Assembly (NCBI GenBank): GCA_016748015.1
Contig: JAAOMT010000231.1
Coordinates: 64,968 to 128,967 of the forward strand
Direction: 5' to 3'
DNA length: 64,000 bases
Source: Geosiphon pyriformis uo1
Lineage: Eukaryota; Fungi; Glomeromycota
Shown: piece by piece, positions 11,201 to 23,400 of the stretch
Layout: every line of letters begins with the position of its first letter
Numbering within the stretch: position 1 is the stretch's first letter
Notes under the pieces: model-generated
What the model saw: only the letters and a program-made list of their open reading frames with translations
What the model was told of the DNA's origin: nothing
Databases searched by the model: none
Made by a program: the position numbers and the translations under genes

Positions 11201-14200
11201 GCTTGTTTCTGCTTCAAAAATCTGATCCTTATCTTTCACTTTTTTCTCTATAACTACCATGTACTGGTCATATGGTGAAATGGAAATTACTTGACCAGTT
11301 GAGATAATTTCTCCTTGGCCAATAATTTCTTTTTCTGTTATATTGACTGGTACGTCTATTCTACCCATTGATCCAAATCTCTGTATCCCTTTTACAGTAA
11401 TTCCTAGTTTTTTCCTTTTTTCTACTGACACTAATTGAGCTATTTTCACCAGAGGTAGGAATATTGCTTGTGCTATCTTTTAATTTGGCTCTATGATATA
11501 GGCCTTTTCTGAGTCGTTTTGTAGCATGGCAATGATATTTCTTACATATTTCGCATCAATTATTTCTTCTCTTATATTAATCTCTCTTTTCACTAAACTA
11601 CTTCTGGAAGTTAATTGAACCATAGTTGTTGCTGGTATTTCCAATGCTATTTTCAGATTAATGCAGGTGTGCAAATGTGGCTCTAATTTAATGGCATCTT
11701 TCCCTAGATATCTCAGATCAAACCCAGCATCCATATCATGCATGCATTTTGGCATGATACTTTCATTGTTATCACTAAACCATTTAAGTTCCTGTTTCTT
11801 TGTGAGGTCAGAAAGTGCAATATATTGTTCATAATCTGAATTGGAGTTTGACTCTGAGTTATTTTTATCACCATATTGAACAAAGCTGGAACTGTTGTTT
11901 TCTTTGTCATTGTTATTGGAGTTTGAATCGGGATTGAAATTTGATTCTGATTCCAATGTACAGCTGCTAATTGGTTTTTTTTCCTCTAGAATCATGTAGA
12001 TTATGCATAGTGATGGATTGTAAATAAGGTCACACTTATTACAATATTGGAAGTCACATGGAATCAAACAGTGGTCACATAGTTAAGTGTTTAACTATGC
12101 TAAATGCTCTTCCTGTTTTTCTCTTGTGGGTGCCAAAGTTTAATAGTGTTTATGAAATTCCTCTGGTTCCAGAAGATTTATGACTGGTTTTTTGTCCCAG
12201 TCAAGTTTCATAGGTTCTAGTAGGTTGTTTTTGATCTCTCTGATTTCTTCGAGTGTCACTCCTTCTATTTTTGCATTTGTCATTTTCCAAATCTCGTTAT
12301 TGTTATATGGACAACTGTCTAATCATTGTACTGCTCTTCTCCAGGCTGCTTTTATTGGTGTTTCTTTCCTAATCCAGTCACTTATCAAGATCATGTATTG
12401 ACACAACTTGTCACATGTTCCTCTTCATCTGAAAATGTTGTTCTACATTCCTTTGTCTAAGAAAGTTTTTCCACAAGCGAAACAAAGTTGATTATCCCAT
12501 TTTTCTTGCTTCTTCAGTCGTCCAAACCTTTTTATAATGCATGCATGGCAGTAGAACTTAGTCGCTGCTGAGTATTCTTCATCATTATCATAGCATGCAC
12601 CTATTGTCGACAGTTTTTTGCTGCAATTGACACATACAAGCTTTGGTCGATGATAGTTGATTAGTTGTGGTAATGGGTGGATATATGGAGCATAGATGGC
12701 TGTGAGTAGTGACTCTTTTTCCTTTGTCTTTGTCTTTCTTTTCCTATTTTTATTCTCTTTCCACTCCCAATTTCTTATTTCCTTCTGGTTTTTGTTGATT
12801 TCCCAGTTGTTGTTAGTGTTCCAGATAAGTTCGGTTTCTTTTTGTTTCCCTTTCCCTTGGTCATCTCATGATAGTATTGGTGGCAGTTTGTTGTGGTTTT
12901 TGTTGGCCCACAATACTTAGTAGACTTCTCAGGTAGGTTTTTTTTTTCTTCCTCAAACTTAATTAGTGGTGTTGTTATAGTGGTCGTCTTGAAGTGGCCA
13001 CATGCGACTGGTACCCATGTGTGTCGACCATTCTGGCTAAGTGCTAGTTCTTAAGTCATTTAATTAAGTATAGTGTTTGTTTTAATAAGCCAGTCATTAC
13101 CAACTAGGGCTTGGTATTGAGTGGCTTTTATTACCAAAACTTTGATAGGAACTGTAATGCCATTGACTTCAAAAGAGAAGTTATCAATCTCACCAATAAA
13201 AGTTTTGGTTGCTCTATTGGCTGTGATGATCCTTGTACTGGCAGCTCTGTCAACTTGGTAACCTAATTGATTAATGAGTTGTTTGGTGATGATGCTGCCA
13301 GCTAATCCACTATTCAGAATCAGTTTGATATACTGACCATTGACATTGGTATCAGTATACATCATGGTTATTGGTTTAGTGTCCAAAGCGGCTCCACTAA
13401 ATAATAGAACTGATGTGATTTCCTCAAGTTCAAATGGGAATATGGCAGCAAGTAATTTGTTTTCAGTGCTGGTGGCTGGTGGAATGTTGCTAGTAAGTGG
13501 CTTCTGATTGGTTTTCTGTTTGCTAGATGCAGCATCTTCTGGGGTGATCAAAAGACTTAAGTAGTTTTGAGAACTCAGGTTTTGGTTATATCTGGCTCCT
13601 GAACTCTACTGGCATGATTCTGATAGTTGATTTGATAAACTGGAGATCAGTTGATGTACTACCATTGTCAATTTCCAGTTTTGTTGTGTCATTCTCGGTT
13701 TTTGGGTTCCATTTTGAGATAAGTTTTGTGGCGATGTTTGAATTTGGGGTGTTTGATAGATTAACTGGGACTGTGGCTGATAAATTGTTGGTGGCTGCAG
13801 TTAATAAATGGCCTGTGGTTGATATACTGGAGTTTGATATACCAGTGGTTGATAGATTGGCTGTTGCATTATGGGCTAATAAGTAGATTGATCTTGATTT
13901 TGATAGTTATTTGGGGTTTGGAACTGGTGATCAGGGTTTTGATATTGATTTCCTGATCATGGGTTGCTATAAGTATGGCAATTGACTCAGATATGGCCTT
14001 GCTTACCACAGTTGTGGCAGACATATGTCTCTTGCTGCCATAACTGATTTAGTATTGCTGATGATAATGGACATGACTGATTTTGGAAACAATTTGTGTT
14101 TCCCTGATTATTATGTTATTGAGAAGGCTAATAAACTGAGTGATTGTCAGCTAAGTATCTCTCTATTTTCTGATTAATTGTTTCTCTGAATTTTTCCAAT

Positions 14201-15757
14201 TTGGAATCCAATTCAGATGATCTGTTCATTACTAAATTAATGGCTTGGGCATGATTGGCCTTTGACTTAGCTGATTTAAAATCTCTGGCACATGTGACTG
14301 CATCTTGAAGGTTGCCTGGATGCAACAAATGTACATGTTGCAAGATACTGCTGCATAGACCACGGATAAACTGGTTGAGGATCTGTGGTGCTGTAAAATA
14401 ATTGGCATCAATTGCTTGGATTTGGTGCAGGTTTCTATGGAAGCATCTTAAATAAGTAGTGACTGCTTCAGTTTCTTCTTACTTCATAATAGTGAATGTA
14501 TTGACTAGGTGATTGATACTGTTATTGTTGTTGAAGTATCTTAAGAATTCTACTTTGCAGACAATGAAGTCTTATTAATCAAGCTCTGATATCATGAATT
14601 GGCAGTATTCTTGAGAAAATAAAGAATGGCTTGTATTGCTTGGGCGTCATTCCATCTGTTAGTTGCAATGGCTTTTTCTATATCATTCAGCCATACTTGA
14701 GCATCATCCTCTTCACTGGTAAAATTGTCGAGTTTTGTGATTGGTGTGTAGGCTATTGGGTCTAAGTTGGATTGTTGTGGTGGCTGTTAAAGTGGTTGTT
14801 GTATGGGTTTGGCTATTGAATTAATTGGTGGTTGATTGATGACAATTACCAGAAGTAAGTTTGTTTGGTTAGTTAGATTGGGATTTCAATTATTCTGAGT
14901 TGGTGGTATCTGAATATTCAGAGTTTCAATTTCCAGATTTTCTAGATTTAGATGTTTCAGAGTTTGAATGTTCGGGGTTTTAAATTCTGGGTTTTCTGGG
15001 ATCGGGTTTTGGTAAGTTAATTCCTGATCTTCAGATTCTTTTTTTTTTCTTCTTGTTTTCTTTCCAATTCTGTGACTTTCTAAGAACTCACAGTTTCAAA
15101 ATCTGGTTAAGGTGATGGTAATTGAAATTTTGATGTGTTGGTGATTATGATTTAAATCTTTCAAAATATGTGCTGTATGGTCCTAATAAGTCTTCTTTCC
15201 TTTGTTTACTTTGAAATAAGAATCATTCAAATGTTGATGTTGCGTTTGATATAGACACGCCTGCTGCTGCAATATTGATGGCATTTCCAGGAGTATAATA
15301 ATATGATAGATTTATAGGTGATTCAATTCTGTGTTTCTTTCAAGTAGGTGGTTGGATATGTTAAAGTGTTACTGCTGGTGTTTGTAGTTTTTTTTTGCCT
15401 TTACTTGCATAGGTGATTGGATATTTCTGTTGTGTGTGATGTTCAATTTCTTTATTAATCTCAGTAATGATGAATGTGAAATTATAGTTTGTTGATAAGC
15501 TGCTGTTTTGGATTAATTTGTTGTAAAAAGTTTCTCTTGCTGATTCAGTATTTGTTGCTGTTCTTAATAAGTAGGCAATTCTTTCATTGACATAAAAATT
15601 GCAGGCTGATTCTGCTGATATGTGATTCGGGGTTAATTCCAAGTGTTAACAGTAGTGTTAAAATAAGGATTTTGCAAATTCTAAATGATTTGCTCCTATA
15701 TTTTTTGATTCTGCCACTGTTGATTTATTTGTTGGTGCTGGTTTTCTGTAAAATTAT
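8210..15757 (-). pseudogene. A1 gag-pol (CA, CCHC NC, protease, Cys-rich region, dUTPase, RT, RNase H, integrase), disrupted
   Basis: Integrase HPQTNGLVERFNRTL (8823..9206) and GPF-type tail (8349..8654); RT/RNase H YLDD, FLGH, TTDAS (9821..10825); protease LNSG from DSG (13060..13551); gag 14128..14343. Ends are approximate. Confidence 0.92.
11362..11760 (-). pseudogene. dUTPase domain of A1 pol
   Basis: Five trimeric-dUTPase motifs: DAGFDL, SRSSL, IIDAKY (from IIDAGY), KIAQ, KGIQRFGSMG. Confidence 0.9.
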
Positions 15758-15758
15758 A

Positions 15759-15775
15759 CCTCACAGAGAGCACCA
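15759..15775 (-). promoter_or_regulatory. A1 primer-binding site
   Basis: Sense TGGTGCTCTCTGTGAGG, 2 nt after the 5' LTR; complementary to a tRNA 3' end ...GAGCACCA. Confidence 0.88.
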
Positions 15776-15777
15776 AA

Positions 15778-16633
15778 TGTTACAAGTGATTACTTGGAGT
15801 CTTAAATCAAATAACAAATCCATAACTTGGTGCTCAAAAGCTATTTGCGTGGATAGTGATCTGAAGATATTGTTTATCTGAAAATTTTGATTGAGTTTTT
15901 TGTATAATAGACAGAGATTCAATAGTTGTTTTATCCATAGCTTCTCAGAATCGCAATTCTGTCAATTTTTTTTTCAGCTTGGTGGCCAGCAATTCTCTGG
16001 TAAGTAATCTGTAATTCACTTTATGTGCTCTACCCACTTACAGAGGTCTTTTATCAGGCAATCTTTGATGTCAGTAATCTAGTGCTTTTAATCAATTAGT
16101 ACACAATAATAAAATCAAAGAAAGAAATAAAGCAAATAAGAAAATAAAGAAAACAAAAAAATAAGCCAAGACAATATGCAGATTAGTATTTGTCAATAGC
16201 CATAATCAAGAGCTATTGTTCCAGTGTGGTCAAGTATCAATTATTATCAACATGAGATGTTGATAATAGAGAGTAGAATTAGATATTAGAATAATTATTT
16301 ATTTGATGATTGTGAATTAGAAGATTGTCTAAATGAAATCAAACAAAAAAGTCTGTCTTTTCAGCTTCTAATACTACTGCTATATATACATAATTGAGAT
16401 TCCTCAATTCCTTAATTCTTCATAACAGGAATCCTAGAATTTCTGGAATCCTGTGATTTCATTAAGAGGAATCCTGAAATTTTGGAATTCTGCAATTTTT
16501 TATGTGAGAATCCTGCAATTCCTGGAATCCTGCAATTTTTCTAAGAAGAATTCTGAAATTCCACATTTACTACATCTACTTCTGATTGGCTAATAACTAT
16601 GCTGATATGTTTCTTATATTTCTATGAGTAACA
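15778..16633 (-). repeat. A1 5' LTR (856 bp; TGTTA...TAACA)
   Basis: Terminal inverted TGTTAC/GTAACA; U3 has a CCAAT box, a GGAATCC/GGAATTCC array and a TATA box in sense orientation. Confidence 0.95.
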
Positions 16634-18617
16634 ACAGTTAATATAATGATTTTGTTAAAATTTAGCATAAAATTAATCTTGATTTTTTTTCTTTTTTTTT
16701 GTAAAATTAAACGAATTAATAGTTAATTTATTTATATTATAATTATTATTAATTATATTAAATACATAAAAGTTGTATTTTTTATTGGCTTGTACTTTTA
16801 TTTTTTGAAAATATATTTAAAACTAATAAATAATAGCTTTAATTAAAAAATTTTCTCCAAAAAAATTTAAATTTATATGATTAAGTTTTTAATTAAAAAT
16901 ATTATTATTGTTAACTTTATTGTTTTGGTTATTATTGTTTTAAGAATTGGTAAAAACAAAAATAAATTGTTATAATTTTTTAAAAAGTGTTTAGTTAATT
17001 TACAATAACATATAAATAGATCATGATTTTGTTGTTTTTAATTATAAAATAATTGTTAAAATTGATTAAAGTAAAATTTAAATCTGGGTTTTTGAAATTG
17101 TTGGGTTTTTTTATTGTTTATGTCAATAGTTTCAATAATAAAACAAAATTAGCAGTAAGTTTATATATAAATTATTTAATTAAATCTTAAATTTGAATAA
17201 GAAAAAAAGTAACAACTATTTAAAAAATTAAAACCAAAACAGAAGCAAAAATTATAAATATAAATTTAAAATAAATTTTTTGATTGTTTTTAATTTTTTA
17301 AGTAAGTTTAATGATTATATTTATTGTAAAATTATTTTTTAAAGCCAAAAAAAACCAAAAAGCATATAACAAGTTAATTTTAATTTTTTTGTAAAAAAAT
17401 AAATTTTTTGTTTTTTAGTTTAATTTTTTTTAAAGTTTATTTATTTAATTAGCTTTTTATAATTTTAATATATTTAGTTACAACTTTATTAGAATTTTGA
17501 ATTTTTTTTTTTAGTTTTATGCATTATTTAAATTTTAAATATTAAATTTAAATTTTTAAATTTTTGTTCAAACTAAGTAGTAAAAAAAGTATTATTTTTC
17601 TAATATTTTTAGAGTTTATTTTTTTTTTTAAAAAAAATACTGGTAATAGTTTTTTATAAAAACAGATAACAAAAATTTTTAAAAAGTAGCTATTAATAAT
17701 TTAAAATTTATAAACATTATTTTATTAATTAACTATTATTATTTTTTTAAAATTATTTAATTATTTAATTAAATCTTATATATTGTCTTTAAATAAAGAT
17801 AATAAAATATTATTTTTTCGTCTTAAAGTAATTTATATGTTTTAAAAAATAGTCAAAATATTTGTTTATATAAGATTAATAATTATTGATTTAAAAATAG
17901 CTGTTTAGTAAAAAAATTTAATTTACTTAAAAAAAAATTAAAGCAAAAACAGTTTAATAGCTTTTTTTTCTGTTTTAAAAAAAGTTTTAGTTATTTAAAA
18001 ATAAATTTGATAATTTAATTGTTTAAATTAAATAATAGTTATTTGAAAATAATAAAATATAAAAAATAATTAATATTGTTTTTTTCTTTAAAAAAATCTT
18101 TAAAATAAACATGATCAAAGAAATATATAGTATAAACAATATAAAATTTAATTAAATAATTATTTAAAAATTAGTTTCAAAAATTTTGGAATTGTTTATT
18201 AGATTAATTCTCAATAAAAAAATAAATTAAAAAAAATAAAAAATCAAGTTCAATAAAATTTAAATTATTTCTGTTATATATTATAACAGATATAATAAAT
18301 ATTTATATTATTATAGATTAAAACAACAAGTTAATAAATAGTAAGATAGAACAAAATTATATGATAATATAAATAATCAAAAAAATTCAACTTTAAAGAA
18401 CAAATTAAATTAGTAAAAATTTAATGTAAAATCAGTTTTATAAATAGTTTAATTACTATTCTTTCCAAAAAATAACCTTTTTTTTCTCCTTTGTCCAATA
18501 TTCCCAAAAAAGAGTCAAAAGTTTTTTGTAAAAAAGTTTATTTTCACAATTCAGTACAATAAATCTAAACTATTTATTCTCAACTACGAGGCCACTGTTA
18601 ACAGTAGTATTGCTGTT

Positions 18618-20412
18618 ATGAAAAAAGCTGCTGAAGCTTCTGGTTCTAATGCTGGCTTTAAGCCTGTTCTCCCAAGAAAAAAAAGAAAAGATGGTGTTTT
18701 AAAAGAAAGTTCAAATAGTAGGGTTGTTATTCCTAAAGTTCAAATTAGTCATTCGTGGAGTTCAGAAGCTGGAGATACCACTGGATCTGACAGTATTGAC
18801 ATGAAGAAGGAATATCTAATTGAAGAAACCAGTTTTGATTTCGGAGAGAGTGGAGCTCTTACAGAAGAAGACCTTAATCAAACACTTACAGGTTCTAAAG
18901 TCAAAATGACGAAAGCATTGGGAAGCCTCTTGGTAAAATTAACTTTTTGGCTGGTAGTGATGATAATAATATTCTCTTAGATGCTCTTCTAGATCTGCCT
19001 CCTCCCTTGAAGAATGTGGTCAATGTTTCGGTCAGGAAGTTTTTTGTGTTGGATATTGGCTTGGATAAGGTATCTGGTAAATCTTCTCAGGAAAAGCTTG
19101 TGGTGGTGAGGAAATTATTTTCTGAAATCAATGGTTTTGGGGGGAGACGTCTACTTTCTCAAAATTCTCGGGGATCATCAGAGCGATGTTTACTTACAAA
19201 TCGAGTCTAATGAAAGCTATTGATAAGGCTGTGAATGTGAAGATCTTAGTGAACACCAATCTCAAAAAATCATTTGGACAGTCAGATCGGGCTGTGGTCA
19301 TAAAAAAAATTCTGATCAGAACATCAGCTAAGGCTGTATGCACTGTGCTATCCAAGTTTGGAGTTATTAAGGCAATTAAGATACAACTAATTGGGCTGTG
19401 ACAGAAGGCAGTGGTGGAATTTGAGCAATTGGATCAGGCTGATTTGGTCGTGGCTGAATGGTCTATTCTGATCAGGAAAGATGCTGTATGTGTGGCTAAG
19501 GCTAATTCAGACAAGGAAACATGGGATGCAAGGAATCGACATAGGGTGCTGCTCTACATATTGCCAATGGGGACTAATGCTTATAATATCTGGGACTTTG
19601 TTAGATCTGTGAGTGGAAAAATGTGCGTCATTAATTGTCATTCTGTTATGTATGCTCAAGCCAGGTGTGTTGTTGTTTGCTTTGACTCTGCTGAATTATT
19701 GGTTGCTGCTATGGGAACCATGCCAGTACTTAGAAATGCCAATCTCCACTGGTCTCGCCTCATTTCTGCTAAATATGCCAAGTGTGAGAAGTTAGGTCAT
19801 ATGTTATTGGGTTGTGTAGTTGGTGGAAAATTTTCTTCTGGTAATTCATTACATTGGGCTTTCTCAGACACAGATAAAAGCAGACTGGCAGCCATCTATG
19901 CCAAACGCTTGGCTCCAGTTGCTCATCCGGTCTCTTTTGGTGGTCTTTCATGGATGATGGTTGCTTGCAAATCTTCTGTCCTTCCCCCCTCTGGTCAGAA
20001 TGTTTTGGTGAATAATGGCTTCTCTTCAGAGATGAAGCCATTCCTACCAGTTGCAATGAAAATCGACAATAGGTTTGCCACTCTTGAGCGCAGTTTTGCC
20101 AACCTTGTGGAGCAAGTTGGTAAGCTGGCTATGAGGTTGGATGCACTCGGACTGATGGTTCTCCAGCCTAGCCCTGGATGTCAGCCATTGGTAACTCTTT
20201 TATTACAGGATTGAGGGGCGGATGTAGTAATGAGTAAGGACTCGGGTGTGTCTACTAATGATAGAACTGTCATGGAAGCAGTGTCTTTCAATATGTCTTT
20301 GGTATCTAAGCTGGAAGACAGCATGAAGTGTTTAATAGAAACAGTTCTGAGTCTTTTAGCCAAAGTGAATATTTTTGGTGCGAGTTTGGTGTTTCTACCT
20401 CTCACTTAATGA
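18618..20412 (+). pseudogene. LINE ORF1, disrupted
   Basis: Fragments 18618..18980, 18947..19210, 19186..19401 and 19411..20214, homologous to copy 1 ORF1. Confidence 0.85.
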
Positions 20413-23400
20413 GTAGTTTGGTCTGGAAAGTTGCTACATGCAACATTAGGGGCATAAACAATCCCGCTAAACAAGGAGACATTATTAGATGGCATAAAAA
20501 AATGAATAATTTGGTCTCTATTGTTACTGAAACAAAATTGAGGAGTAAGATTCATCTGTGGATTGCAGATAAGTTTGACAGTGTCCAAGTGTTCACTTCT
20601 GGTTTAGACTCAGGTCACTTGAGTGCAGAAGTTGCTGTTATCATGTACATTTCTTTGGCTCGTCATGTGTGCAAGGTTTCTGAAGTGCCTGGTCAGTTCC
20701 TGTCTATTAAATTACTTTTCAAGGATAAATTTTCTGTGTCAATTCTGGGGCTTTATGCTGGTGCTTCTTCGGCAGTTTGGTTCTCTCAGGCTGGTGAAGT
20801 TAACTTTTTTATTGTGAGGGCTGTCAATGAATCTTTTTTTGTTATTTTCGGTGGTGATTTCAATGAAGATGGTTTTCATAAGTGTGCAAGTTTTAAGAAA
20901 TATCTTGATTTGGATCTGGCTAATTCTTTGGTCAAAAGCCTAGCTGTAAAAATGCATACTTGGACGAACTCTAGAGGTGTTAAGAAAACGATTAACTATG
21001 TGTTGGTCTCTTCGAATTTGGTTAATGCGATAGTACATTGCAGTGTCTTGGATGTTGATAAGCACTTTGAAACAAACCATCAAGCTGTTTCTGTGTCTTT
21101 GGGTTTGGGTGGTTTATTAGATGTGCAATTGAATTCTCTTCGCAAACAGGTGAATAGAGATTGTTGGAATTTTAATTTTAAAGATGTTGATAATACGAAG
21201 TGGGAAAAGTTCAAGAATGCTATGACAGCTAATGCTGCCATATTCTCTAATGACTTTATTGCCTCCCAGCGTTTCTCAGATTTGGATGCTATGTAGGACA
21301 TTGTTCGCAAAACAATGGTTCTTTTAGCTAATGAAGTGTTTAAGAAGAAATGGTTTAAGGACTATAATGGTGTCTTTACAAAAGAATCATCCAAATTTCA
21401 CAAGTTAGAACTTTTGGTATCAAGGCTGGTTAAGGCCTCTTGGTCAATCTGCCATGACAAATTCATTTTACTGTTGGATGTCTGGAGTTCTTTTGATGAT
21501 AATAACGCTTCTGTGGTCAGATCTTTTTTTCTCTTTGGCTCTCCTTTTAATACTGTTCGGTCAGCTCTTTTCAAGGTCAAGAAAACTTATTGCTCACTTA
21601 AAATGGCAGAATCGAAGTGTATAAAGGAATCTCATATTAAATCAGTGATCAATAAAAGGATGGAAAGTTTTGAGCTGAACAAGGGTCACACTATTCGAAG
21701 CGTCTTGGAGTGTCTTTTCCATAAGGTTGTTTTGGATCACTTGGTTGTAGATGACAAGATGATTTTGAAACCAGGCTCTGTGAAATTAAAGGTGGATGAA
21801 ATCATGAAAGGATGAACTAGAAAGCGTAGGGTTGTTTCCGATGTCCCTAAAGTGTGGCACCATTAGTATTGACCATTGGGTTATGTTTTTGATGAGGCTT
21901 TTTCTGGTGTTATGCAACCAATTGAGTTTTTGGAATTGTTTGGCATGGTTTCTGATTTGCTTGTTAGCAAGGCTGCTGGTCTTTCAGGTATCTCAAATGA
22001 GCTGTGGTTACATAGTGATAGGTCTGTTTTGAATATGCTCCTGGTACTTCAAATTCTTGCTTGTCTCATGAATCTGTGCCTGGTCCTTGGAGAGAAGCTT
22101 GGGTGTCAATAATCCCTAAACCATACAAATGAGAGGGTGTTTTCACAAATACCCAACCTATAGCTTTGATTGAGATGGCTCACAAGATTCTATCTAAGAT
22201 TTTCTCTGACAGAATATCGCTGGCATGCAATGCTCACAACATTTTTCGTGAGGATAATTTTTCAGTTTTGAAAGGTACTACTACCCATACTCTCATTTTT
22301 GCTATTGGTTCAGTTGTTGAGGATGCTTTAGAGAAGAATTGGGAGCTCTGGCTGGTGTTGCAGGACATGTGGAAGGCATACGACTCTGTTGGATGGGAGC
22401 ACCTTGAGAAGTGTTTGGTCAGGATCAAAATGTGTGGCAAGTTTATTCATTTTTTCGGTAATATTCATAAAAATCGGACCAATCAGGTTATGACAGATTT
22501 CAGTTTGACTAATGGTTATCGTGTACATGATGGGTTGGACCAAAGAGAAGTTTTTTCTCCTCTTCTTTGGTGCATATTTTATGATCCTCTTTTGTGTGAA
22601 GTCAAGCATCAGGAGAGTGTGTGTGGGTATAGACTCAATTCCTATTTTGTCTCTAGGAATAGTTGCACTAAACCTCAGGCTGGGGCTTTTTTCTTTTTTC
22701 GCTACTAAAGCCTTTGTTGATGACATGATTTGGGTTGGCAGCAGTCGGGCTGCTACTCAACATATTTTCGATGTTGCTAGTGAATTTTTTTGGATTAATA
22801 ACATTTCAATCAACACTGACAAAACTGTGGCCATTCCTATTAATAGCAGAATCAGCAATCCATCTCTTTTCATTAGTGGTTCTCCCATTTCCATAGCCAA
22901 AAAAGGTGAGTCTCATCAGTACCTTGGTATTTTTCTTTCAATTGATGGCCTTTCTAAGTCTAGTTTGGCTAAAGCACATTTGAACATTTGTTTTTTCTGT
23001 AATTTGGTTCTAAAGAAGGTGGTTTCAGATAAGCAGTTCTTGTACCTGGTGTTGGCTGTTTTCCATCCTATTGTTAGCTACAAGATGCAATTCAGCTTTG
23101 TCCCTATTGGTGTATGCGACAAGTGGGATGCTTTGATTCACAAGAATTTGAAACTTAAATCTGGTCTTCTTTTCAATTTTCCTAGTGACACAATTCATCA
23201 CCCTTCTTTTTATGGTTTGAAGTCATTTTCACAGTGTCAGTCTGAAAGTAAAGTAGCTTTACTTATTAGTTTTGCAAACTCCTACAGGATTCTGGGTCGA
23301 TTGTTTAGTCACAGGTCTCATGACTTGCAGGTTCTGTGTTGGCGCCCCATTTATCCATTGAGTTTACCAACTCGTATCCGTGTTAGTGTTCCTAATAATT

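Larger units (their letters stand above)
6750..16633 (-). mobile_element. Ty3/Gypsy LTR retrotransposon A1 (dUTPase-bearing family A)
   Basis: Paired LTRs, PBS and PPT; domain order gag-PR-dUTPase-RT-RH-IN on the minus strand. Confidence 0.95.

Noticed and set aside
11362-11760. dUTPase as a defence against the observed C>T hypermutation
   Set aside because: dUTPase limits dUTP incorporation and does not repair cytosine deamination; family A copies look about as mutated as family B.
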